Shown here piece by piece: positions 53,605 to 64,000 of a stretch of 64,000 bases of DNA (position 1 is the first letter of the stretch; the number at the start of each line of letters is the position of its first letter). This DNA comes from Paraspadella gotoi (taxonomy: Eukaryota > Animalia > Chaetognatha). The translations under genes and the position numbers were made by a program. The DNA is taken from NCBI GenBank assembly GCA_051294375.1, contig CM119271.1:13950372-14014371 (forward strand), read 5' to 3'. Below the pieces are notes generated by a model, which was not told the DNA's origin, made no database searches, and saw nothing but the letters and a program-made list of their open reading frames with translations.

Positions 53605-53984
53605 CCTGCTTGGCTTTTTTTTGTGTTTTTTTTTATAATTTGTTATAGCTATGGCGCGTTTTTTTCACGACCATTATTTTTAGACGGATTGACTCATTTT
53701 AGTCATTCCAAAACTAAAAAGAAGTTTATCCGCATTCCGCAATTGACTTTAATCTGAAATTTTATCTTATTTAGGTAGAAATTATTTTGAGTGAATGTAT
53801 ATATATTTTTTTGAATGATCATGCTCTTAATTTTTTTATATTCGGTCTCTCATTTTTTAATATCATCATTTAGCGCCAGTTCTTGTTCGAAAATCCACCT
53901 TTTTCAAATTCGTTTCGGTATGAGTTGCACCAAACTTTAATTTTTGCGGCAAAAAAAAAAACCCAACTTATTGATCAAACAAAT

Positions 53985-56605
53985 ATGAGGATGTCGGCGA
54001 ACGAAGCCGTCAACGACGTCGTCCGCCGGTTGGACGACCTTCCCTCAGCGGACCAACCTTTCCAGGCGCTGCAGAATCTGAAGACGGCCGTTTTCGCCAT
54101 CCATCCGTCGGCGTTGCAACAGGTCAGTTCTTTTTGACCGGACCTGGTTTCGAACTCGCCGATTCTAATCTCTCGATGCTCAGGTCGTGCCCAACATTTC
54201 CTTCAACATCATTTTCGAGTTTCTCGACACCGACGATCCGGATCAGATCGAAGTTTGTTGCAGGTCATTAGAAGGCTATTTATTTATTTACTCGGGTTTT
54301 TTTTATTAATTCAAATTATTTTTCTCCAGTTTGGTCTCCCGTCTCCTCGGCGCCCTTCCTCCTTCTTCCATCGTTTCAAACTTTTCTACGGAACTTACCC
54401 AAGGGATGAATCATCCCAACGCTCACGTTTATTCCCTCACCCTCGACTCGCTGCATCGGTGCTGCGTCGACTCCAACGCCGCCATGACGCTTGCAAGAAG
54501 ACCTGATTTACTTAAGCTAATGATTAAAGGTTTTTTTTTTTAACTTCATGACCAACGAAGTTTTTGGAGAGAGAAAAAATGAAAGCTCCACAGTTTTTTT
54601 TAAAGATTTTTTGTGACCCCTCTAGTTAATTAAAAGGCTTAGTTTTAATAGGATTAAAGTTTTAAAGTACATATCCCTTTTACACTCAGGCTTGGGATCG
54701 GAAGAAGGCGAGATCTCGAAACGAGTTCGTCGATCCTTCGTCGCTTTCGGTCAACATCTTCACGGACGCGAATCCCTACTCGCGGGTAGGTTAATTTCCG
54801 TTTAAACTTACCTTTTTTAAAACCATTTACTCCACCTTCCGCCTTCTCAAGGCGAAGCGAGCGCCGACCTCAACCGCCTGCGTCTCTCTTCATCAACCAA
54901 CCGATATCGCGTCCTGGAGACGGTGGTCGGCATCGCCGCCCACTCGGCGGCGTCGCTCGACTTTTGCGTGGCATCGGGATTCCTCGATCACCTCGTCGAC
55001 GACCTCGACGACGACGACGACGTCCTCGTGCAGCTCAACTGCATCTCCCTCTTGGCGGACCTTTCCGCCTTTCCGCACGGCTTCCTGTATTTGGGTTCGT
55101 CGTTTTAATCAAGTTTCTTACTCGAATAGATTTAATAATTTCTTAACATTTTAATCCGCAGAAAAAATCGGAACGGTGGAGCGAATGGAAACCGTTCTCC
55201 GCCAGAGCAACGACAACGGAATGGAGGCGCTTCTTTTGCCGGGGCTTCTGAAATTCTTCGGCAACCTCATGTACATCTATCCGGACCAGGTGCGCTAGAT
55301 TTTTAAAGGGTGGGCCTTTCAATCGAGACTTTTTTCATTAGATTTGTGGGGCTGGTGGGAAGTTAAGACAATTTTTAGGGTGGGACTAACAATAAGGCTT
55401 TAGTTTTAGAGAGGTGTGGCCGTGAATGCCTGACAAAGCGATTGAGGCATCGTTTAAACTTTCTCTTCACCACCCCACAACACCCCCCCAACCCTCAATC
55501 CCAGATCACGAGGAAATGGCCCCGCCTCGTCGCCCGCGTTATCTCCTCCGTCAGCGAGGGCGACCCGCTCCTTTCTGTCGCCGCCGTCGACACCATGGGC
55601 CTCGTCGGCGCCTCCGCCCGGGGAAAGGAGGCGCTGCACGCCGTCGGAGGTCCGAGTCTGAGGGCCGCCATGCAGGTTCGGGTTGGTTATTTTTAATGAG
55701 CAATTCAGTAGGTTTCGGGAGGGAAACATTAACATGAATATGGAAATTATTCCGAGTGATATCAAATGCTGCAATGTGTAAATGACATCGATCACTCCAT
55801 CTCATTTCAAATCCAATGATAAGTTTATTCCTTGGGTGGTTTTTAAATGACTGCTCTTCTATAATGGAGTCTGGCAGAAATTGTGTCATTCATTCTCATT
55901 TGAGATTGTCTTAATTTCATTCTTCCCCCAACCATTTCCCGGAAATGACAGCAACTCGGCGTCACCATGTTTTCTTCGGCGACCGATTCCGACGTCAGGA
56001 TTCGCGCCATCGAAGCCGCGGCTCATCTTCTCAAACTCCCCGTCGGCGATCAAGACGAGAATTTGCTTAATCTCACTCAGGTGAAACTTTTTGTAAACGG
56101 AGATTTGTACTCGAAATTTGTCTAATTCTGACCGAGTCTTCACATTCTACCTTTATTCTCCCAGTCTTGGTTTTCCTTTTTTTCACCACAATCGACGATG
56201 TCCGAAGTGTCGCGTCTCTGTCGTCTCCCTTTTCTCAGCGTCAGATGCGCCTCCCTCCGTCTCGTCCAAAGCCTCACGGATCAGACATGGGGTCAGCGAG
56301 AGATGTGCCAATTGCCAGGGTTTCAGGTAAAGGCGTGGACGCGGGATATGGGACTTTTCATAATGTTATTTATTTCATTGTGTGATGTTGAATTTTATAT
56401 ATATCAGGAATACCTACTAAATCGCGAGACGGAAACGGAACTGGAAGGGTGGAACGCCAAGTTCGGCGTGGTGGCGGCGCTGGCGGAGTCGTCGTCGACG
56501 CGGGGCGTCTTCGGCGATCCCTACTTCGTGCGTCTCAAGGCCTACGTCGCCGAGGGGCCTGTTTATAAGAGGACTGAAGCCGAGGTGGCGACCGTTGAGT
56601 CGTAA
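53985..56605 (+). CDS. PSMD5: 26S proteasome regulatory-particle assembly chaperone S5b
   Basis: ARM/HEAT-like protein with RYRVLETVV, DDVLVQLNCISLL, LLPGLLKFFG, and C-terminal GFQEYLLNRETE..GWNAKFGVVAAL...FGDPYFVRLKAYVAEGPVY typical of PSMD5. Start is ATG 53985 or 53991. Confidence 0.85.
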
Positions 56606-56640
56606 AAAATCCCAGATTTTAAATTTCCGTTGAACGCCAA

Positions 56641-56646
56641 AATAAA
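56641..56646 (+). terminator. Poly(A) signal AATAAA of PSMD5
   Basis: Lies 35 nt after the PSMD5 stop and is followed by U/GU-rich sequence. Similar signals at 36881, 57706 and 61339. Confidence 0.55.
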
Positions 56647-56805
56647 TTCATGATTCTATCATAAAAATTAAGAAAAATCTACGTTTTTACTGTGATATTG
56701 TTTCAGGTACAGTTTGTTGTTTATTGAATGAAACAAAGAAAGGCCTTTTTCGTCCTGATCCGAATCCTGTTCGATAACTGTTTTTTAAAAAAAAATAAAG
56801 ACAAA

Positions 56806-57684
56806 ATGGCGTCTTTCCCGGAAACGTCCCTCAGCATCCGCGATCTCGTCGGCGACGAGCTTCGCGATCTCGCCGCCGAGTCGGAGGCCCTCGACGCGGA
56901 GATCGCCGATCTCCGCGCCCGCGTCGCCGCCGAAGAGGTCGTCGTCGAGATCCGCAAGGCACAACTCATCGCCGGCGCCCGCGACCTCAAACTCAGGCAG
57001 CTGGAGGCCTCCGCGGCCGAGATGGAAACAATGGCCGTCGAAGAGAAACTCGCCGCCGCGTGGAAGGCGTCTTCGGAAGCGGCGGAGGTGGCGGCGTCGA
57101 TGATGACGGAGGAGGCGGTTTTGAATAAAGAGGTTGATATGAAAGAGGATGCGAATGAATTAATAAATTAATATGAAATAGGATGTGAATTGTATCGCGT
57201 ATTTCTTTATCGCTCCCCTTCTCAGATCTCCTGGGTGGCAGAAGATCTGGAGCGGATCGAGGCGGAGTCGAAGGAGGAAGAGGAGCGGCGAAGGATCGAA
57301 CTGGAGCGATCGAGCGAGTGGAAGGCCAAAGTGGAGGCGGAGGCGAAACTGGCGGAGATTGAGGACAAATTGGCGAAGATTGAATCGGGGGCGACGGGTT
57401 TGTTTTTGTTGTTTCCTCGTTTCCGTTGAGATATTAATCAGTTCAATATTAATTAAAGTGTAATACGTTATCGATTTTATAATTAAAATCGTTCCGTCGT
57501 TTCCCCTTTCGCAGTCGAACCCTCTCTCTCTCCCGAGACGATCGAGCGAATGGAGACAGAGACGCGAGTTATGGCGAAGAAGAACGAAGCCTATCTCCGC
57601 CGAATGCGATCCGCGTTGAAGGATCTCGACGCTCAGGCCACGATCCTCTCTAACAAGATCGAAAGAATGAGGAGGAACGACTGA
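56806..57684 (+). CDS. Coiled-coil protein of about 220 aa, possibly a divergent HAUS1 (augmin subunit 1)
   Basis: Three exons (56806-57132, 57226-57397, 57515-57684) join in frame and are E/A/K/R-rich and helical. The C-terminal VEPSLSPETIERM..MAKKNEAYL..ALKDLDAQATILSNKIERM loosely recalls the HAUS1 C-terminus. Confidence 0.6.
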
Positions 57685-57843
57685 GACGATGCCTTCTCGG
57701 ACTGGAATAAAAATTGATGAGACGGAGAAAGATACATTTTGAAGTCGTTTTTGTTATTTCAAACTCCTTTGTTCGTGTTGTATGCTTATATTTATATATA
57801 CCATGTTTGTTCACTTTCAAGTCATACATTTTCCCCTCATATC

Positions 57844-60800
57844 ATGGATCTGACAAAATTCGCCGAAGACGATTTCGACGCCACCGAATGGATTAACGCT
57901 ACCTTCGCCGCTTTTCTCCCACCTGGCGGCGGCGGCGGCGGCACCGAGGCATCTTCGAAATTTAGTGGCAGCGCCGGTCCGTCTCCGGCGGAACAGATGT
58001 CGGCGACCGCGATCACGAAGCTGCAGATGTCCATCCAAGAGACGAGCGCCTCGCTCGACGATGCTTGTCAACAGATGCTGCAGAGCGTGCCGAGGATTCT
58101 GCGAGAGTTGGAGGCCGTGCAACAGGAGAGCAAAATATTGCAAGATCAGATGAAGTTGGTCAAGGACGACATTCAAAAGGTGGAGCAAGAAACTGCGCAT
58201 TCCATGGAGCAACTCTTGGCACTGGACACTGTAAAAGGTCTGCTATTTGGTCTCTGAATGGGAGAAATGTTAATTATTGTTATAATTATAATTATTGTTA
58301 CTGTCAAGGTCGTGTCCTTGAGGCCTCGTCAGCCCTAAAGGAGGCAGATAACTGGACGACACTTACCTCGGACGTGGACGCCGTCTTCGACTCGGGCGAC
58401 CTTCAGGCGATTCGACTCAAGGTCGTCGGGATGCAGCAGAGTCTCGAGATGCTCAAAGACGTTCCAGACTACGAGGAGCGGCATGCCCTGCTGGAGTCGC
58501 TTAAGTGGGTCGTTGCCCCGTGAGGGGATGAGGGGTATTAAATGACCTTCAGAGATTCATTGGAGTCTTTCGTCAATAGGGATCGCGTAGAGGCTCTAAT
58601 GTCGCCGTTGGTGGTGGCGGCGTTAAGCGCGGAATCCGTGGAGACGGTGCAGACGCACGTGGAAGTCTTCAAGGACATCAGACGAGTAGAAACCATTTCC
58701 AAGCGATATCAGGAATGCCAAAAAGCTAAACTGTTGCAGCAGTGGAAAGGTTTTCCATCATTGGAAGGAACTGGATTAAATCTTATCAATTTTATTAATC
58801 TCTTTTAAATTTTGCCCCCAGAATTCAGCGAGTCGGCTTCCGTCTCATCCGAAGACAAGACCATCGATCGTCTCCCCGTCCTCTTCAACGACATCCTCCT
58901 TCCCTCTTGGTATTCGCAGCTCAAATGGTGCGGCATCGTATTTGGCCCCACCGAATCTCCCGCCTTAACGTCTCAAGGTAAATGGGAGAGACTGGAGAGA
59001 GAGTGTCGTGTCTTTATAAGAAAAAATAGTCAAGTTATTTAATTGTTTTTTTGTTTTTTCTCGATATGTCTCAGTGATCGTATCGACTCTCGCTGAACTC
59101 GTGCCTTCCATGTCCTCCATTCTTTCCCTCATCGTCAAAGAAAACGACGAAGATCCCGTCGCCTCCCTAATTCAGTCCAAGAGGATTTCAGAAGGTAAAG
59201 TATTCTTTTCTTTCTCTTAAGTTCCTCATTTTGTTTCCTGTTCATTACTTACCCTCTTTGCCTCTCCCTAGGCTTCTGCCAACGTCTCATCTCCGACCTC
59301 TCTTCCTCCTCTTCCTCACCATCCCTCCTACCCCCTATCCTCCACGCCGTCTTCGAGCCCTACTTTTCCCACGCGGCGTCGTTCGGCGACTACGCGCGAC
59401 GCCGTCTCCTCCGGCGCCTTGACGCCGTTCCGCTGTCGCACGCGGACGAGGTGGACGCGGCGCGTCTCTTGGCCGATTCCATCGGAAAAGTGGTGGCGTT
59501 GATGGAGGAAGGTAAATGACTGTTTTGAAATAACCTCCGTTCCTTAAGCTTTGGACGACAATCTTATATAATTTAATTAAATTAAATTAAAATTTGTACC
59601 TGCTACAATATGCAAATGAGATTGTGGCACTTAACAACTTCCTTCCAGCTATGGAGCGGTGCGTCTCCTTCACCGCCGGCCTCCATCTCCCCGGCCTCCA
59701 GTCGGCCGTCGAATCCGCGATAGAGACCTACGTGGCCGATCTCGACCGCGTCCTCTCCAACTTGAAAGCACGACGCGTTCGGAGGACGGGGAAGACGGAC
59801 GCCGCCGGCATCGTCGACGTCGATTGGGACGAGTTTCAACAAGCGCTTAGGTTAGGGGGAGTGAGGAGAAAGGCCGTTTATTTACATGGAGATAACTGTG
59901 ATAGATTTCCATGACTCATCCCCGACAGAATCGTTCACATTTCCGGCGAAGTCATCCTTAAGATGGAAGAATTGAATGAGAAGCTGACGGCGACGACGCT
60001 GGCGAGACTCAAAAAGCTCGAGCTCGACGCCGCCGGCCCGAGACTCGACGTCGCCGGGGAAAGAATCGGCGCCGCTTTGCGTTTGTCTTGGGCAAAGAAA
60101 GGCGCCGGAACCGCGAGTGGGGTATTGGTGGGAAGGGGGGGCGCGGGGGGGGGAGGTCGAAAATGAAATGGGAATTAATTATTTTTTTTCTTTCAGACCA
60201 ACCCACTTTCCGCCCTCGCGCGCATGCGCGACTCGTTGACCGAAGACGACGCTACTTTTCTCGGCGCTCAGACTTTGGCCTCTGTCCGCGCCCTCGCCAA
60301 GTCAGCCCACAGGATAGCCTTCCACATCGTCTTCGAGCCTCTCGAGGTGCGAAACCGGTTGTCGGAAAAGTTGGTTTTATTAAAATTTCACTTTTATCGA
60401 TTCGAGTTATGATCATAAAAAGTAGCTAATGATAAGCCAAAAGCTTTTCTCTTTACATTCAACGGCCCAGGCTTACCTCGGAGTCAAGTTGAGTCTCGCC
60501 GAAGGTGAGAGCGTTACGGGTGAGGCGTTGCCCTCCTTCGCCGAGTCAGAGTACATCACCGAAGTCGGCCATTATCTCATGACGGGTAAGTTTGTTCGCT
60601 CTCCTGGTTGTTGGTTTTATACTATAATTTATAGTATTATAATATTTAGTCATTGTCTCAACTTTATCATAACTTCCTTTTCGCTCTCGTCCAGTCCCAC
60701 AACAACTTGAACCCTTCGTCGGGGGATCGGAAGAGGACGCGGCGATGAGGACGGCCGTCCGATGGGGTCCCCTCGACTCATCCTCCAACTCGTCAAATCT

Positions 60801-60960
60801 CTTGGTCGGTCACTCCCCCGCCTCCACCTCATCGTCGACCGAGTTCGATCTGGCGTCCTATTGGCTCGACGCCATATCCCGCTCCTTCACCGATCTCTAT
60901 CTCCGCCGAGTCCTTGAACTGCCCTCGCTGACGCCTCGCGCCGTCAAGCAGCTCGTCCTC
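57844..60960 (+). CDS. COG7: Conserved oligomeric Golgi complex subunit 7 (3' end lost in assembly gap)
   Basis: MDLTKFAEDDFDATEWINATF, KLQMSIQETSASLDDACQQMLQSVPRILRELEAV, ALKEADNWTTL, SEYITEVGHYLMTVPQQLEPF, YWLDAISR...PRAVKQL. The frame runs into N at 60961. Confidence 0.9.
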
Positions 60961-61060
60961 NNNNNNNNNNNNNNNNNNNNNNNNNNNNNNNNNNNNNNNN
61001 NNNNNNNNNNNNNNNNNNNNNNNNNNNNNNNNNNNNNNNNNNNNNNNNNNNNNNNNNNNN
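60961..61060. other. Assembly gap (further N runs at 63450-63474 and 63564-63864)
   Basis: Runs of N. Confidence 0.99.
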
Positions 61061-62109
61061 GTCTGAGAGAGCTCTCTCGATCGGCGAAAAGCGTAAGAGC
61101 TCTTGATCAATCCAATCAAGTCTCTTGATTAGCGTTTTCCTTCAATCAGACAATTTAGAGACGTCACCGAAATATCTGATTTGACGCTATCAAGTGTTGT
61201 TAATACTCTTTGCTTCCGAGTTGTTCTTACCTGCATCCAAGAAACTAGACATACTTTTTAAATATAATTTTAGTATTACATATTTTATATACTGTATAGT
61301 GTATAATGTATATACTGTATTATATGAAGTCTTTGATCAATAAATTCAATCCAAATTACAATATAATTAATTCTTGTAAAGATTCGTTGGATTGTCGAAA
61401 AATTTAATCATTAGCTCAATTTCGTTCAATAATTTAACCCAATCGTCAAGAAATCCAGGTCGTCATTTTTTTTTCATTTGATCTTCTTTTTATTTAATCT
61501 GGTCGTCAATTTTATTTTTATGCAGTCGTCAATCTCTTTGAATGAACGAATCGAAGTTGATTTAATGAATAAATTGAATTTAAATGTATAAATTCAATAA
61601 ATGGACACTGTATAATATATCATTTCTCAGTTTATAGTATCAATTTAAATCATTGATCAATTCCATCCGATCGTCATTTTTTCAATCAAATCCGGTCGTC
61701 AGTCTTAAGTAAATCCTAGAAGGTCTTGTCACGATCTCATCAACTTGTCACGAGTTCGTCGTTTCAAGGTCGGCGTTATGAAAGGTTCGTGTCCCTAGTC
61801 GCCGCTGCCGCCGCAGCCGCCGCAGCCGAAGCCGAAGCCGCCTCCGTTTCCTCAAACGGTCAGCCTCGAGCGACGTTGCCATTGACGACAAGAAGCAGGG
61901 AAAAAAATGGCAATCAGAAGGTCGGGTCAATGAGGGTCAGAGGAAAGGAGGCTGAGGGTGGTAAGGTGGGAAGGAGGTGGAGGGGTGGAGGGTGGTTTAT
62001 GGGGTGAGGGAGAAGTGAAAAAGTGGTTAGGACATTGAGAAGAGGGAATAAACTGGAGGGGGGAAAGAATTATATGGGGAATGAAATATGGCCGGTCGTT
62101 TGAGGATAA

Positions 62110-62222
62110 AGGTGAGAGGATGTGAGAGAGAGAGAGAGGAGACGAGAGAGAGAGAGAGATGAGAGAGAGAGGAAGAGAGAGAGAGAGAGGAGAGAGCAGA
62201 GAGAGAGAGAGAGAGGAGAGGA
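62110..62222. repeat. GA-rich imperfect microsatellite; CT-rich low-complexity tracts follow at about 62740-63190
   Basis: Directly visible purine and pyrimidine tracts. Confidence 0.85.
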
Positions 62223-64000
62223 ATCGCAAAGTAAATGAAATGCAGCACAAGAAGAACGAAAGCCGAGGAAAAAACACTCGGGCTAAAAAAAAAAAGAACA
62301 TAAAGATAACTTGTTTCCTCAGAAAAAAACAGAAAGAAAAAAAAAGAAAGATAAGATATTTCGGAAAGTAAAAAGGTCAAGACTCTTTTTTTCTTTTTTC
62401 TTTCTTTTTCTTGTGTCCGAGAAAAAAAATATCGAAAAAAAAAACGGATGGAGACTCGAGACGATGAAGAAAATGGACAAAAATGGACAAAATGGTGATA
62501 ACCTCTTTCCCTTTTTTGTCTACGAGATGACAGGAGGATATGGCCATAACAGTTGGAGGGGAGAAGAAGGGAGAGGGGGAGGGGAAAAGAGGGGGAGAAC
62601 GGTGAAAGAAAGGGCGCGTGATGTTGTGAACGTGAATGATTTTGTTCCTTTCTTATCGATTTGCTTTATTTCTTTTTGCGCTCGTGTTTTTATCATTTCT
62701 CGTTACTCGTCTTGAATTTTTTCATGTCGCTCTTTGACTTTTCTCCTCTCTCGTCATCTCCTCTCCTTCTCTAATTCTCCGTCTCCGTCTCTCTCTCTCT
62801 CTCACCTCTCTCTCCGTTTTCCGTCTCTCATCTCTCCTCTCTCGCCTCCACACCATCGTCTCTCTCTTCCCTCATGGTTAATAAAGTCCGTAACAACATT
62901 CAAATCAAATCTCACCGGTCTCTCTCTCCCATCTGCAAAGTCGTAGAGTGGTATATATTCCTGCCTATCCTTTCTCTTTTTCTCATTTACCATCCCCCCT
63001 CTGCGGTGTTCCTCTCTTTTCCTTTCCTCACCTCGTCCTCCTCTAGTCCTCTATTTATGTTTCCCTCTCCATTACTCTTTTCCTCTCCTTTACTTCCCCT
63101 TCCTTTCCTTTCCTCCCCTCTTCCTCTTCCTTTCCTTCTCCTTTTCCCTCTCTTTCCCTTTCCTTCCTCATTCTTCTTCCGCTCTTCCCTAAATGAAAAC
63201 ATTTCAACGGAATCTTCGCGCGCGTGATGAAAGAAATCCTCCAAGGAGAGGAAGAAAAAGAAAAAAAAGAGCTTGACTAAGGTCTCACATCGCTCGCAGA
63301 GACGAAAACATAATCATCTCTCTCTCTCCTCTCATCGTACTATATGCATCACTCCTCTTCTATCTCTTCTACGATCATCAAGCCCTCGGTTCTCTCAACT
63401 CGTCGTCTCTCATCACTTCGCATGTCACGTCTTCTCCTCAGAACCCATCNNNNNNNNNNNNNNNNNNNNNNNNNAGAGAGAGAGAGAGGTAAACAGTGAA
63501 AAATAGTTGTGGTGCCATCTCTCGGATGATGAATCGACTTTATGTTCGTCCAGAGGGAATTTTNNNNNNNNNNNNNNNNNNNNNNNNNNNNNNNNNNNNN
63601 NNNNNNNNNNNNNNNNNNNNNNNNNNNNNNNNNNNNNNNNNNNNNNNNNNNNNNNNNNNNNNNNNNNNNNNNNNNNNNNNNNNNNNNNNNNNNNNNNNNN
63701 NNNNNNNNNNNNNNNNNNNNNNNNNNNNNNNNNNNNNNNNNNNNNNNNNNNNNNNNNNNNNNNNNNNNNNNNNNNNNNNNNNNNNNNNNNNNNNNNNNNN
63801 NNNNNNNNNNNNNNNNNNNNNNNNNNNNNNNNNNNNNNNNNNNNNNNNNNNNNNNNNNNNNNNNTCGAGTTCAGTGACGCCGCGTGGATCCGGCGCTCTT
63901 TTTTCAAAGTCCGGCGCCGGCAACGCCCCCGAGAAAGAGGACGCCGGGATCGGAGATAAAAACGGCGCCGGCTGCAGAAACCGGCAGATCAATCAATAAA

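Noticed and set aside
61726-64000. Short ORFs near the window end
   Set aside because: Low-complexity sequence interrupted by N gaps, with no recognisable protein or consistent exon chain.

Overview
This window is gene-dense eukaryotic (animal-type) genomic DNA with GC/CpG-rich exons and many short AT-rich GT-AG introns. By hand-splicing I find 13 protein-coding genes, all on the + strand, in this order: cytospin/SPECC1-like (3' part), SEC16, a degenerate MAPEG-like membrane protein, nicalin, a Piccolo-like PDZ-C2 protein, ER mannosidase MAN1B1, FBXW2, ZIP11, phosphorylase kinase alpha, a catalytic-domain-only DNMT3, PSMD5, a coiled-coil protein (possibly HAUS1) and COG7 (cut by an N gap). 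The most notable signals are: (1) unbroken co-orientation with stop-to-start gaps as short as about 160-600 bp, suggesting operons resolved by trans-splicing; (2) a 19-nt motif CTACAATATGCAAATGAGA (octamer core) repeated about 15 times, almost only in introns; (3) frequent AAG 3' splice sites; (4) a DNMT3 without PWWP/ADD domains amid CpG-rich gene bodies; (5) a highly structured tRNA-Gly-derived intronic element and several small inverted-repeat elements. Gene identities come from my recall of conserved motifs, not database searches. Exon boundaries and counts are manual and approximate.
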